From assembly GCA_963681965.1 (NCBI GenBank), contig OY820579.1, forward strand, positions 3,584,001-3,648,000: a stretch of DNA of 64,000 nt, given 5' to 3'. Shown here one piece after another: positions 39,448 to 50,721 of the stretch. Within the stretch, counting starts at the first letter, position 1, and every line of letters begins with the position of its first letter. A program made the position numbers and the translations under genes. The DNA comes from a bacterium (GTDB lineage: Bacteria; Electryoneota; JAOADG01). The notes beneath the pieces were generated by a model. That model did not search any database and was not told the DNA's origin. It worked only from the letters and a program-made list of their open reading frames with translations.

Positions 39448-41190
39448 ATGTCTTCAACCTCTAATTGTATATTCTATTTTCGAATACCAACCGCCGAGGA
39501 ATGGGCTCCCTATCTAGCAAACCTGCAAAGATCCGGTCTTCCAGTCAATCTCCACTCGCTCTATAGTCAAAACTCGGGTATTCTCCCGGAACTAGTTTTA
39601 CCCTCATTATTAGAATGCCTGAAACTGTTTTGCGATAAGGAAGAACAGTACCAGAACCTTCCGATTCAACAATATGCGCTGGACTTTATTACCGACGAGA
39701 CGGTTTTATATCATACTGCGAATGTCTTGGATTACGGGTATCGGGTCACGCTCCGGCAACTAATGATGTTCGCGATGACTGCGGAATCGATCCAACAAGC
39801 CGCAGCTATTCCGACTTGGAGTCAGGAGGGAATTCGCTTTGCAACTTCTGCTGCCACTGCGATACAACAGGGCGATTGGGCGGGATTGTGGGAAGCGATT
39901 CAACTCGGATTGAAGGCAATGCCGGAAAATCCGTTCATTTCGGCATTTGCCGCAGAAGTTGCCTTTATTCGCGGCGATGGATTAGCCGATTTGAATGCCG
40001 CTGCGCTGCAACTCAATCATATCCTCGAGCTTCACCAAGCTCAAGCATTGCCGGAGAATTTGATGAAGACGGTCACTTCGTTGGGTACGATGATCGGTCT
40101 GATTCAACAAGATTATTCGGCTGCCGCGCAATTCATCGCAATCGGTCTGAAGTACGATCCTCAAAATATCAATCAATGGTTTGACAATCTTCGGATTTTA
40201 CTCGCAATCGAATCGCCCGTTAATTTGGAAAATGCTCGACTAGCAATCACCGCGACTTTAAATGGTTTTTCCGATGACCTATATTATCTGTGTATTCTGG
40301 CATTTTCGATCGAACCGCTGTTTCAAAAAATATTTATCCATCAGGACTGGTTTGCCGATTACATCGATCGCTTTACACGGGTTCTGACCGAATTGGAAAG
40401 TCTTGTCGGAACACTAACCAATTTTTACAATGCCGAAGATTCAACGCTTGCAAGCGATATCGTGCCAATTTCGAATATGCTGCAATGGTATCGTGCCGCC
40501 CTTACCACTAAGAAAGCGATCATCGGTCTTCGAGCTCTTCAATTTTATCGCGAAACGCTCAATCAGCGTCTCGGGATTATGCAAACATCGTTACGAACGG
40601 AAGGCATTGATCAGATCCACGAAGAGATCGATATCCTGCTGCAAGTGAATCAACTCGGATTGTCGATCCATATGCCCGAGCACGTTATTTCCCAAGCTCG
40701 GGAATTGTTCAGTTTCGAAACGAACGAACCAAATTCCGAGTTGCAATGGTTCAGTGAGTTGCAGTCGTTTCAGAACCAGTACCAACCATTGTTAGAAACA
40801 TGTCGCTTGGTTATTGCCGAAATTCCTGAAATCAATCAACAAATCCACGACTTGGAATTGAACATCCGTCGTGAGAAACCGAAATCCGGACACTCACTCC
40901 GCTTCGTATTCACCCAACTGTTTTATATTGCTGCAGCGTTAGTGCTCTGGTATTACGTCGGGATTGTTACGATGGAAGGCGGTGTGAAAGGTGCAGCAGT
41001 ATTTATTTCGATGTTTGCAATCGCTTTTTCCGTGCTGATTAAACCGATGGAACTCTTTCGACAACTTGGCGGTGTATCGAGCAACAAACGATTGATTCAA
41101 CAATATCAGATTGAAATATCGAAAAATCAGAGTCGCAAGAACGAACTCGTAACGATGCTTCAAAATACGATTCACCAAGTGACTCATTAA
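39448..41190 (+). CDS. Helical (TPR-like) protein with two C-terminal TM segments, unknown function
   Basis: 580-aa ORF; TPR-like stretches; two hydrophobic helices followed by a coiled-coil-like end. Confidence 0.7.
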   Translation: MSSTSNCIFYFRIPTAEEWAPYLANLQRSGLPVNLHSLYSQNSGILPELVLPSLLECLKLFCDKEEQYQNLPIQQYALDFITDETVLYHTANVLDYGYRVTLRQLMMFAMTAESIQQAAAIPTWSQEGIRFATSAATAIQQGDWAGLWEAIQLGLKAMPENPFISAFAAEVAFIRGDGLADLNAAALQLNHILELHQAQALPENLMKTVTSLGTMIGLIQQDYSAAAQFIAIGLKYDPQNINQWFDNLRILLAIESPVNLENARLAITATLNGFSDDLYYLCILAFSIEPLFQKIFIHQDWFADYIDRFTRVLTELESLVGTLTNFYNAEDSTLASDIVPISNMLQWYRAALTTKKAIIGLRALQFYRETLNQRLGIMQTSLRTEGIDQIHEEIDILLQVNQLGLSIHMPEHVISQARELFSFETNEPNSELQWFSELQSFQNQYQPLLETCRLVIAEIPEINQQIHDLELNIRREKPKSGHSLRFVFTQLFYIAAALVLWYYVGIVTMEGGVKGAAVFISMFAIAFSVLIKPMELFRQLGGVSSNKRLIQQYQIEISKNQSRKNELVTMLQNTIHQVTH

Positions 41191-41305
41191 TCACTACTTC
41201 AACTTGTTGTGGTCGTCACATCCTCGGGATCATATCACCTCGAGAGTATTTATTTAACAATTATATCTACTGTATATTGTCGAGTTTGTTAGTTATCGAT
41301 CAATT

Positions 41306-43093
41306 TTGGTCTTATCGAATTGCAGGTTCAATTTGAGTTCTGAGTACCCGTATACACCCGATCCTTTTCACACCCCGCAACAACCTGTTCAACAGACAGT
41401 TGTAAATCGTCCGCCTCCCACCGATCCGAGAATATTTCACAAACGATTTCTCATTGTATCGTCAGTATTGCTACTCGTAGCGATTGCGTTCATCGCTTAC
41501 CCCTCGCAAAAAGGGGGCGAAACCTATATCCGGATTAATCAAGTTGGGTATCTCCCCGGTGAGACAAAAACTGCAATCATAATGTCGGTCAAGGATATCT
41601 CCGGAGCGAGCTTTCAAGTTCTGAATCAAAATTTAACGGAAGCATACAGCGGTAGTTTGAGCGATGATCGCGGTCCGTATTTGGCATTTCCACACCACTT
41701 CGTCGCGGATTTCAGCGCGTTACAGGAACCCGGTCGATATACGGTGTCGGCTAACGATAATAGTTCTCCTCCTTTTCGTATTGCGAAAGCGATTTATAGC
41801 GATGTCGTCGAAACCACACTCAAATTTTTCCGGATGCAGGAGTGTGGAAACATTAATAATGAATTCCGATCTCCCTGCCACCTAAAAGACGCAACTTCGG
41901 TGATTGGTGCTCAGACAACTATATCCAAACTTGATTTGGTCGGTTCGTGGCACGATGCTGGTGACTATACCAAATACCTTATTACAACCGCATACGCCAG
42001 TTATTTTCTTTTACTTAGTTATCACCAACAACATGCACTTTTGAAAAATGGGTCGCGAAACGTAGCTCAAGAAGCTTTAAATGAAGCAAGAGTGGGCACC
42101 GATTGGTTACTCAAATTGCATTACCAACCCGACCGATTGATCGTTCAGGTTTCCGATGCGCGCGATCACGATGTTGGTTGGCGACTACCCGAAAAAGATC
42201 GATTGGAGAACAATCGCCCGGCTTATGATGAACCTTCACGCGCAGTGTGCGGCATTTACGCAGCGACGATGGCGTTAGCTGCTAAAACTTTTGCCGAGGC
42301 AGGTGATCCAGCCTATGCAGCGAGGTGTTTACAACAGGCTCGGGAAGTATTCGATCTTGCCGATACTGGTATCCCCAATTATAGTGCGGTTGCAGAGCAG
42401 ATGTATTGCGACAAATCGTATCTCGACAATCTTACGCTGGGCGCAACGGAATTGTATCGAATGACCGGTGAACAAAAATATCTTACCCGGGCAATCGGTT
42501 GGTGCGATTCGCTGGAAATCATGCAGTGGTTATCTTGGGGAGATTTAGAGGGACTGGCATTTGCCCGAATTGGTCAGTATCATCCTCCCGCTTTTCAGCG
42601 CCTACATTTAGTTCTTTCCAAATTTGACGAAATTGCCAATTCGAATCCCTTTGGCTATCCACTCGAGTCGTATCCCTGGGGTTCGCTAGGTCAACAAACT
42701 GCAGTTGCAGCGATCGCACTGTTGTATCAGGAAAGTAGCGGACACACTGAGTTTACCAATTTGATCCTGAAACAACGCGATTTTCTACTGGGCTGCAACA
42801 GCCATGGAGTATCGTTTATCGGAGCAGTTGGTACCGAATACGTTCGCAATTTTCACCATCAGATCGCGATGATCAAAGGGAGTTCGCTACCGGGTGCTGT
42901 ATCGGAAGGGTATTGCGCGAAAAGTCTGATCCGGAAATACAATATCGAATTAAAAGATCCCGACCGGTTTGCCCGCTTCCAGACGCCTGATGTGGTCTAC
43001 TACGACGATCGCAACGATTACATCAGCAACGAACCGACGATCGTGACCAATGCCCAGACCGTCTATGTCCTGACCGCGTTTGTCACCAACTGA
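41306..43093 (+). CDS. Glycoside hydrolase family 9 with N-terminal TM and Ig-like domain
   Basis: IRINQVGYLP; GSWHDAGDYTK; DFLLGCN; YYDD..DYISNEPTI; start uncertain (TTG 41306 or 41333). Confidence 0.9.
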   Translation: MVLSNCRFNLSSEYPYTPDPFHTPQQPVQQTVVNRPPPTDPRIFHKRFLIVSSVLLLVAIAFIAYPSQKGGETYIRINQVGYLPGETKTAIIMSVKDISGASFQVLNQNLTEAYSGSLSDDRGPYLAFPHHFVADFSALQEPGRYTVSANDNSSPPFRIAKAIYSDVVETTLKFFRMQECGNINNEFRSPCHLKDATSVIGAQTTISKLDLVGSWHDAGDYTKYLITTAYASYFLLLSYHQQHALLKNGSRNVAQEALNEARVGTDWLLKLHYQPDRLIVQVSDARDHDVGWRLPEKDRLENNRPAYDEPSRAVCGIYAATMALAAKTFAEAGDPAYAARCLQQAREVFDLADTGIPNYSAVAEQMYCDKSYLDNLTLGATELYRMTGEQKYLTRAIGWCDSLEIMQWLSWGDLEGLAFARIGQYHPPAFQRLHLVLSKFDEIANSNPFGYPLESYPWGSLGQQTAVAAIALLYQESSGHTEFTNLILKQRDFLLGCNSHGVSFIGAVGTEYVRNFHHQIAMIKGSSLPGAVSEGYCAKSLIRKYNIELKDPDRFARFQTPDVVYYDDRNDYISNEPTIVTNAQTVYVLTAFVTN

Positions 43094-43111
43094 GCTATTA
43101 TCCAATCCAAA

Positions 43112-43139
43112 AAAACGACGATCGCGGGATCGTCGTTTT
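43112..43139. terminator. Bidirectional intrinsic terminator
   Basis: AAAACGACGATC-gcgg-GATCGTCGTTTT between convergent genes. Confidence 0.85.
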
Positions 43140-43160
43140 CATTTTAGTCGAATTTCATGT

Positions 43161-44159
43161 CTAGGAAAAAAGTAATTGCGCAATCCGATAGGCGTTCGTT
43201 ACTGCACCGACGCGCACGTTATCTGCAACGACCCAGAGCGACACTCGTCGGCGATCTTCCCGGTCCGATCGAATTCGACCGACAAATACGTCGTCGGAAC
43301 CGACCGCTTCGAGCGGCGTTGGTAACCGGTCTCCGGCAAGTTCATCACGAACAACTAGACCGGGTTCACTGCGCAAGATTTCGATCAAATCATTTCGATC
43401 TAGCGGTTTCAGCAACTTCAGATGTACCGCTTCCCCATGACCGATTGCGACGGGAACCCGCACGCAAGTCGCTTGAACGGGAAGAGACAATAATTCGAAT
43501 ATTTTGCGCGTCTCGTTTCGCATCTTTGTTTCTTCGAAAGTATTCCCTTCTTCGTCGGGACTCGCGATCCATGGCACGACATTCGCATCGATCCGCTCGC
43601 GAAAAACCTTCACTTCATTCGATCCCGCACGCTGTGCTTCCCACTCCGCCAAACCGCCGCGCCCACTCCCCGATACCGATTGATACGTCGCCACGGAAAT
43701 CTCTTCAATCCCAATCGCTAACAGTGGTCGCAATGCACGCACCATTTGAATCGTTGAACAGTTGGGATTCGCAATCCATCCGCGATGTTGCTTTGTCGCA
43801 TGGGGGTTCACTTCCGGCACGATTAACGGTACATCCGGGTCCATCCGGTATGCCGACGAGTTGTCGATAACAATCGCACCGAGCGAATGCCACAAGTCGT
43901 GCGACTGCTTCGTGACGGCATTCGAACAGAATCCAAATAAGAGATCGAATGAGCGATCAAGTGCTGACGCATCTTTGACAATCAGCGAGGAAGCGCCATA
44001 CTGTAACGATTTTCCGGCAGAATGAGCCGTGGCAAATCCGGCGATTTTTTCGACCGGATGACCATGTTCCGCCAACAGCGCGAGCATCGCCGTACCGACT
44101 GTTCCGGTAACTCCAGCGATGGCAATCCTGCAGTCAATCAATTTTTTTACATCAGCCAT
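43161..44159 (-). CDS. asd: Aspartate-semialdehyde dehydrogenase
   Basis: GVTGTVG, DNSSAYRM..VPLIVPEVN, ANPNCST, TYQSVSG, TCVRVPV, DNVRVGA. Confidence 0.95.
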   Translation of the reverse strand: MADVKKLIDCRIAIAGVTGTVGTAMLALLAEHGHPVEKIAGFATAHSAGKSLQYGASSLIVKDASALDRSFDLLFGFCSNAVTKQSHDLWHSLGAIVIDNSSAYRMDPDVPLIVPEVNPHATKQHRGWIANPNCSTIQMVRALRPLLAIGIEEISVATYQSVSGSGRGGLAEWEAQRAGSNEVKVFRERIDANVVPWIASPDEEGNTFEETKMRNETRKIFELLSLPVQATCVRVPVAIGHGEAVHLKLLKPLDRNDLIEILRSEPGLVVRDELAGDRLPTPLEAVGSDDVFVGRIRSDREDRRRVSLWVVADNVRVGAVTNAYRIAQLLFS

Positions 44160-44225
44160 GCAGTATACTCATTTCTATCTTCTATAATATAAGTATACCG
44201 ATCCATTAGACAAGACGTTCCATCG

Positions 44226-45749
44226 CTACCGGTCAAGACACCGGTACTGGATTGCTTCGGCAATGTGAACCGCAGTAATGGTAGGCTCACCGGATAGGTC
44301 GGCAATCGTGCGCGAGACCCGCAAGATTCGATCGTGTGTTCGTGCCGATAACCCCAGTCGCGCAAAAGCTTCTCGAAGGAGTTCCATTCCTGCTGGTTCC
44401 GGTTCGCAATATTTTTGAATATCGCGTGTGCCGAGATCGGAGTTGCGGTAGACACCTTTGCGGTGCGCGTAGCGTTCCAACTGTAAGGTTCTCGCCGATT
44501 GCACTCTGACTCTTACGACAGACGATTCTTCACCCGGTTTCAATTGTGCCAATTCCTGAGGGGTTACTCCCGGCACTTCAATCTGCATGTCAATTCGATC
44601 GAGTAATGGTCCCGACAATTTCCTCCGGTAGCGCAACACTTCGGCAGGACTGCATCGGCACTCCTTGCGATGATCACCGAGAAATCCACACGGGCATGGA
44701 TTCATCGCTGCAACCAACATGAATCGTGACGGAAATGTCAGCGAAGTTTGAGCGCGGGAAATTGTAATTTTACCGTCTTCCAGCGGTTGACGGAGTAATT
44801 CCAATACGGCAGCAGAGAATTCCGGAAACTCATCCAGAAACAGCACGCCGTGATGAGCAAGCGACACTTCTCCCGGTCGAGGATAAGCGCCACCACCAAC
44901 GAGACCGGCATCGCTAATGGAGTGGTGGGGATTTCGAAACGGTCGCGCGGGCAGGATACCGGCATCCACCGGAAGCTGTCCCGAAACAGAGTGAATTCGC
45001 GTCGCTTCAAGCGCTTCTTCGAGACTCCATTCCGGTAGAATAGTCGGCAACCGTTTCGCCAACATCGTTTTTCCGGAACCGGGAGGACCGATGAAAAGAA
45101 GATTGTGTCCACCAGCCGCTGCGATCTCTAATGCCCGCTTGGCAGTGAATTGACCCTTTACATCGCTCAGATCGACATCGTAATGTCGCGAATCGGCAAA
45201 TGCTGTCCGCTTATCGACTACTACCGGCATCAATTGAGTCATCCCATTCATAAACTCTGCCGCTGTTTGCAAAGAATCGACCGAATAGACTTCGATACCA
45301 TCGATCATGGCGGCTTCACGCGCATTCTCCCTTGGTACGATTACACCGCGCATCCCCTGCTGTCGTGCCATCAATGCGATCGACAACACTCCTTGTATCG
45401 GTCGAACGGTCCCATCCAACGACAGCTCGCCCACCGTAACAAATTCATTGAGTGCTTCGCCCCGCAACTGACCCGTTGCCGCCAATACTGCCAGTGCTAT
45501 CGGTAAATCGAATCCACTCCCCTCTTTGTGTCGGTCGGCAGGCGCAAGATTGACAATGCACCGTTTCAACGGGAAGATGAAACCGGAATTTTTGATAGCA
45601 GCAGGAACACGTTCTTTCGCTTCCCGTACCCCTTGATCGGGTAAACCGACAATCACCACTGCCGGCAACACCGCTTCCAGATGTACTTCCACCGGAACGC
45701 GAATCGCGTCGATGCCATTTAATGCGGCTGAAAAGGCAAGTCCGAGCAT
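44226..45749 (-). CDS. comM: ComM/YifB Mg-chelatase-like AAA+ ATPase
   Basis: VNLAPAD..KEGSGFDLPIA; GPPGSGKTMLA; RPGEVSLAHHGVLFLDE; NPCPCG. Confidence 0.93.
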   Translation of the reverse strand: MLGLAFSAALNGIDAIRVPVEVHLEAVLPAVVIVGLPDQGVREAKERVPAAIKNSGFIFPLKRCIVNLAPADRHKEGSGFDLPIALAVLAATGQLRGEALNEFVTVGELSLDGTVRPIQGVLSIALMARQQGMRGVIVPRENAREAAMIDGIEVYSVDSLQTAAEFMNGMTQLMPVVVDKRTAFADSRHYDVDLSDVKGQFTAKRALEIAAAGGHNLLFIGPPGSGKTMLAKRLPTILPEWSLEEALEATRIHSVSGQLPVDAGILPARPFRNPHHSISDAGLVGGGAYPRPGEVSLAHHGVLFLDEFPEFSAAVLELLRQPLEDGKITISRAQTSLTFPSRFMLVAAMNPCPCGFLGDHRKECRCSPAEVLRYRRKLSGPLLDRIDMQIEVPGVTPQELAQLKPGEESSVVRVRVQSARTLQLERYAHRKGVYRNSDLGTRDIQKYCEPEPAGMELLREAFARLGLSARTHDRILRVSRTIADLSGEPTITAVHIAEAIQYRCLDR

Positions 45750-45900
45750 ATTTCACCTTGGTTGTTATTTCCGGTAAAATAATACTATCTATATAAGTTA
45801 TTCAAGAATAAATAATCTATTTATAAGATTCATCAATATAATGCATAATTCTGTAACGATAGTATCGTAATTTTAAAAATATCAGTAAACTAGGTTCAAA

Positions 45901-46665
45901 TTAGTGAGATCGTAAACCGATGAATGCCACGGCGGGATCGACGGTTGTGCGGTCGCGGCGATAGGAAGAATGGATTGGTGAGCAGCGCGAGCAAATACCC
46001 GCATCTTCGATATTCTTATCGGGTACACCTACACTCGACAACTGGTTTCGAACGGTTGCAATCAAATCGGCATACCAACTCCCGTCGCGCTGTACAACCG
46101 ATTCGGAAGGAAATTGTTCGAGAATGTCTTCACCAATCTCAAAACAATCTACTCGAATGCCAGGACCGATACCCACCTCTATTTCAGATGGTGAAATTTG
46201 ATATTGATTAACAGCATGCTCAATCATTTTCGAGGGAAGTCCGGCAACAATGCCTCGCCAGCCACAGTGCGCAACCCCTACCGCCGGAACCGTGGGTGCA
46301 TAATAATAGAGCGGTAGACAGTCGGCATGAGTCGTGCAAAGCAGTAGATTCTCTGCACTTGTCCACATTCCGTCGGTCTGCTCGATTGCATTGTGCTTTT
46401 CGAAGGCACCTCGACCTGCATCATCTTCCAATACTTCTTCGACCTTCACGCCATGCACCAGATCGCCCCAGACCGTGCGGTCGAGCTGCCAATCGAATTG
46501 CGAAAAGAGATTTTTGCGCAGAATCAGACACGCTGCCGGATCGCCACGTTTCATCGACATCCCTCCATCTTCGCGACGCGAGAAGCCGACAATTATTTCG
46601 GAATGGGATTCGAACCGATCTAATCCGGGAGCGATGATTTTCAGGAAGGAGTTCACTTCTGACAT
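45901..46665 (-). CDS. pgeF: PgeF/YfiH laccase-domain protein
   Basis: VHG, ADCLP, AHCGWRG, GPGI..CFE, SSYRR. Confidence 0.88.
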   Translation of the reverse strand: MSEVNSFLKIIAPGLDRFESHSEIIVGFSRREDGGMSMKRGDPAACLILRKNLFSQFDWQLDRTVWGDLVHGVKVEEVLEDDAGRGAFEKHNAIEQTDGMWTSAENLLLCTTHADCLPLYYYAPTVPAVGVAHCGWRGIVAGLPSKMIEHAVNQYQISPSEIEVGIGPGIRVDCFEIGEDILEQFPSESVVQRDGSWYADLIATVRNQLSSVGVPDKNIEDAGICSRCSPIHSSYRRDRTTVDPAVAFIGLRSH

Positions 46666-47453
46666 TTTGGACAGTGGTAAGTACCGCGATTGTGGTGCAT
46701 TCGTTTTTCTATGAGTGAGCCGCAATTCCGGCACGGTTTTCCAGCGCGGTCATAGACTCCAAGTTGGAGCTGGTAATTCCCCGGTTTCCCGTCGGCACCG
46801 CGAAAATCGGAGAATGTCGTCCCTTCGGCGGCAATTGCTTCCGCCATCACATCTTGGATCGCTTGATTAATTCGCTCCGCTTCGCCTTTCTTGACACGAT
46901 TCGCCGGTCGATAGGGCGATATTCCGGCACGAAAACAGATCTCGCAAGCGTAGATATTGCCAATACCGGCAAGAAATTTCTGATCGAGTAAAACATCTTT
47001 CAATGCCACCGAGCGTTGTTTAAATTTTGTAAATAGATCGGAAAAAGTGTAACGATCATTCACAGCATCAACTAAATTGGCAACGGCTTCAGGAATCGCC
47101 GGGTAACAGGCAACCCGCCCCAGAGTACGAGTATCGTCGAACCAGAGCTGCTTGCCATCGTCGAGGAGAAATTCGATCCGGGCAAATTTCGGTTGTTCGT
47201 TTCCAATCAGAAGTCGACCGGTCATGCGCAAATGAAAGTGCAGAAACTTACCGTTGTCCAATTCGTAGAAGAGATATTTACCGATTCGGTGCGAACGCAC
47301 AATTTTTCGATTAACCAGCATCGTCGAGAACTTTTTCGGTGTGGGCGTTTCGACGATACGAGGTAACAAAAGCCGCACCGATACAATGGTGCGGCTGATC
47401 AAAGACGGTTCCAATTTTCTGCGAATGGATTCGACTTCAGGCAATTCAGGCAT
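46653..47453 (-). CDS. mutM: Formamidopyrimidine-DNA glycosylase
   Basis: MPELPEVE; HLRMTG; LAGIGNIYACE; C-terminal Zn finger. Confidence 0.96.
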   Translation of the reverse strand: MPELPEVESIRRKLEPSLISRTIVSVRLLLPRIVETPTPKKFSTMLVNRKIVRSHRIGKYLFYELDNGKFLHFHLRMTGRLLIGNEQPKFARIEFLLDDGKQLWFDDTRTLGRVACYPAIPEAVANLVDAVNDRYTFSDLFTKFKQRSVALKDVLLDQKFLAGIGNIYACEICFRAGISPYRPANRVKKGEAERINQAIQDVMAEAIAAEGTTFSDFRGADGKPGNYQLQLGVYDRAGKPCRNCGSLIEKRMHHNRGTYHCPKCQK

Positions 47454-47465
47454 TCAAAATTCCGA

Positions 47466-47963
47466 CTAGTAGTGATGCGGAACGTAATTCGCCGGGCACC
47501 GTTTGCCAATCTCACAAGCGAGATATTCGAGAAATACGCGATCTTCTTCATTGAATGCGTTCAGTTGATCGCCATCGATATCGATTTCACCGATCACATC
47601 GAATTGTGGATTGCCACCCCGATAGATCGGAACCACGATTTCCGATTTCGTATCCAGAAAGCATTGGAGATAGCGCGGATCGCGGGAGACATCGGGTACA
47701 ATAATCGTTTCGCCATTGTAAGCAGCCAATCCGCAAATCCCCTGACCAACCGGAATTGCTGTGTGGTCGGTAGCGGCAGGACCTTTCCAGGCACCTAGAT
47801 ACAGAACGCCATTATAAACCCAATACATTCCAATCCAGGTGTAAGTTGGGTGGGAAATCAACATATCGGTAATAATCTGAGTATAATTGTGAAACTGATC
47901 CGGATCGCTGTTTAAAGGAAATTCCAGAACAAATTGCCACTGATTCTCATCCATATTATTCAA
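47466..47963 (-). CDS. Stand-alone GAF protein (fRMsr/MsrC-like)
   Basis: WIGMY, IPVGQGICG, VPDV..YLQC..TKSEIVVP, EIDIDG. Confidence 0.82.
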   Translation of the reverse strand: MNNMDENQWQFVLEFPLNSDPDQFHNYTQIITDMLISHPTYTWIGMYWVYNGVLYLGAWKGPAATDHTAIPVGQGICGLAAYNGETIIVPDVSRDPRYLQCFLDTKSEIVVPIYRGGNPQFDVIGEIDIDGDQLNAFNEEDRVFLEYLACEIGKRCPANYVPHHY

Positions 47964-47978
47964 AGCTCCAGTTAAACA

Positions 47979-50597
47979 TTACTGAGGTGATTCAATCTCC
48001 TCTGATAACGGTAATAAATGTAATGAAGTTCCGTCTGCGGACAAATCTACTTTCACTCCAGCCGCTTGGGCAAGTGTTCCAGAAATCAAAATATCTGCCA
48101 ATGGATCCAGCAACGAATCCTGAATAGCCCGTTTTAACGGGCGTGCGCCGTATTCGGTGGTCGTGCCGATCTGAACTAGATATTGCTTCGCAGTATCACT
48201 TACTTCCATCGTAAGTCCCATTGGCTCAATTCGTTCCCGCACGTGATTCAGTTGTAACTCTAGAATATCACTGAGGTGTTTTGCCGAAAGTGGGTGGAAA
48301 AAGACGATTTCATCCAACCGATTTAGGAACTCCGGTCGGAGGAGACGGCGTAGTTGTGAAATTACCTGCTGTTCGATGCTACTCGGCAGATCGCGTTCGG
48401 GATTTTCCCGGAGGTACTCGCCGATGATATCGCTACCGATATTCGATGTGAAAATAATCACGGTATTTTCAAAATGTGCCGTATGACCCTGATTGTCCGT
48501 CAAACGTCCATCATCCAAGACTTGCAGCAATAGATTGAATACTTGCGGGTGGGCTTTCTCGGCTTCGTCGAACAACACGACTGAATACGGTCGTCGTCGA
48601 ACCGCTTCCGTCAGTTGTCCTCCCTCGTCGTACCCAACATAACCGGGAGGTGCGCCAATCAGCCGCGCGACACTGTGTTGCTCAGTGTATTCGGACAAAT
48701 CGATCCGGATCATTGCTGATTCGTCGGTAAACAGCTCTTCCGCCAATGCCTTTGCTAATTCTGTTTTTCCTACACCCGTCGAACCGAGGAAAAAGAAACT
48801 GCCGATCGGGCGATTCTTCTCGGACAATCCCGCCCGCGAGCGCCGGATCGCATTCGACACCGCACGGATTGCTTTATCTTGACCGACTACACGGTTGTGT
48901 AAGCGTTGTTCCAATTCCAACAATCGGTGTTTTTCCGTCTCCAGCATCTTCGATATCGGAATTCCAGTCATCCGGGAAATTACCTGAGCGATATCGTCTT
49001 CACCCACTGCATCCGGCAGTAATGGTGCTTCCCGACCTTTGCTTTCAAGCCGTGCTTTCGCTTCGGTTAGTTCGGATTGTGCTTTCGGAATCAGCCCGTA
49101 TTTCAGTTCAGCCGCACGATCTAAATTGCCGGTTCGCGTCGTCTGCTCTTCCTCTATTTTCAATTTCTCGATCCGCTCGGTAACGGAGCTAATCGCGGAC
49201 AAGACTTCTTTTTCGCGCGACCAGCGCTCGGACAGATCGGCATTTTCCTGCTGTAGTTTCGCGATCTCGCGCTCGATTTCATGCATCTGATGCGTCGCTT
49301 CGGAACCTTTCCCGATCGCAGCTTTCTCGATCTCCAGTTGTCGCAATTGCCGATGTACCGAATCGATTTCTTCGGGAACGCTATCGAGTTCGATGCGCAA
49401 TCGGGCACACGCCTCATCCACCAAATCGATTGCCTTGTCCGGCAAACGGCGATCCGGTAAATAGCGGTGCGACAGCTTCGCGGCTGCTACCAGTGCTTCA
49501 TCGTGAATCGTGACACCGTGGTGGACTTCATACCGCTCCTTCAGTCCCCGCAAGATGGCGACGGTTTCAGCGACGCCCGGCTCTTCGATCAATACTGTCT
49601 GAAAACGGCGGGCGAGTGCAGGATCTTTCTCAATGTTCTTGCGGTATTCGTCGATGGTCGTTGCACCAATGCAGCGTAAATCACCGCGTGCGAGTGGCGG
49701 TTTCAAAATATCGGCGGCACCCACTGCCCCTTCGGCATTACCGGCACTCACAACCGTGTGAATTTCATCGACGAACAGTAGGATGTGACCTTTGGAATTG
49801 ACCACTTCCTTGATGACCGCTTTCAGGCGCTCTTCGAATTCGCCGCGATATTTTGCACCAGCAGTCAGCGCAGCGATATCGAGGCTGATAATTTTTCGTT
49901 TCTTCAGCGATTCCGGCACATCGCCCGTGACGATCCGATGCGCGATTCCTTCGGCGATGGCAGTCTTGCCGACCCCTGCTTCACCGATCAGCAGCGGATT
50001 GTTTTTGATCCGCTTCGACAATACTTGCAGGACGCGCCTGATCTCCTCGTCGCGTCCGATCACTGGATCGAGTTTACCGGCTGCCGCCAGTTCCGTTAAG
50101 TCGCGACCATATTTCTTCAGCGCATTGAGCTTGGCTTCCGGTTCTTCATCGACCACCCGGGCACTACCCCTTACTTTAGAAAGCGCTTCGAGGATCTTAT
50201 CAGTAGTGATTCCAAGTTCGCGTAGGATTCGCGACGCATTGCCATTCGCTTCCGCCAATGCGAGTAGCAAGTGTTCGGTGGAAACGTAGTCGTCGCTCAG
50301 TTTAGCTGCCCACGCCCCCGATTTCGGCAGGAGATCAACCAGATCGCGTCCGAGCTGAACTTCGTTTTCCCCTTGGACAATACTCTTTTTGTCGATCGCG
50401 CTGCTCAATTTCTTTGCCAGCAGTACCCGATCGACCGCCATTTGCGACAATAATTGAGTGACGATCCCCTGATCGTCGGCGAATAGCGCCGTGAGCAATT
50501 CTTCGCCATCGACGGAGGGGGTTCCCCGCTTTTTCGCAAGTGCAATGGCAGTTTCCAGCGCTTCCCGCGCTTTGGTCGTCAGTTTTTCGTTCGCCAT
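47979..50597 (-). CDS. clpB: ClpB chaperone
   Basis: Two AAA+ modules (GEAGVGKT; GSTGVGKT), long M-domain, [12 protein letters not shown]. Confidence 0.95.
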   Translation of the reverse strand: MANEKLTTKAREALETAIALAKKRGTPSVDGEELLTALFADDQGIVTQLLSQMAVDRVLLAKKLSSAIDKKSIVQGENEVQLGRDLVDLLPKSGAWAAKLSDDYVSTEHLLLALAEANGNASRILRELGITTDKILEALSKVRGSARVVDEEPEAKLNALKKYGRDLTELAAAGKLDPVIGRDEEIRRVLQVLSKRIKNNPLLIGEAGVGKTAIAEGIAHRIVTGDVPESLKKRKIISLDIAALTAGAKYRGEFEERLKAVIKEVVNSKGHILLFVDEIHTVVSAGNAEGAVGAADILKPPLARGDLRCIGATTIDEYRKNIEKDPALARRFQTVLIEEPGVAETVAILRGLKERYEVHHGVTIHDEALVAAAKLSHRYLPDRRLPDKAIDLVDEACARLRIELDSVPEEIDSVHRQLRQLEIEKAAIGKGSEATHQMHEIEREIAKLQQENADLSERWSREKEVLSAISSVTERIEKLKIEEEQTTRTGNLDRAAELKYGLIPKAQSELTEAKARLESKGREAPLLPDAVGEDDIAQVISRMTGIPISKMLETEKHRLLELEQRLHNRVVGQDKAIRAVSNAIRRSRAGLSEKNRPIGSFFFLGSTGVGKTELAKALAEELFTDESAMIRIDLSEYTEQHSVARLIGAPPGYVGYDEGGQLTEAVRRRPYSVVLFDEAEKAHPQVFNLLLQVLDDGRLTDNQGHTAHFENTVIIFTSNIGSDIIGEYLRENPERDLPSSIEQQVISQLRRLLRPEFLNRLDEIVFFHPLSAKHLSDILELQLNHVRERIEPMGLTMEVSDTAKQYLVQIGTTTEYGARPLKRAIQDSLLDPLADILISGTLAQAAGVKVDLSADGTSLHLLPLSEEIESPQ

Positions 50598-50721
50598 AGT
50601 GGTAGACTTTCGAGATATAACTCATTAACTACTATATAATACGAGTGTGTGGGGAGTTCGGGCAAGGGAACGGGCGCGGCAGTTTACTTTTGTTTTTTTA
50701 TTAAATTCTTTTTATCCTGAA

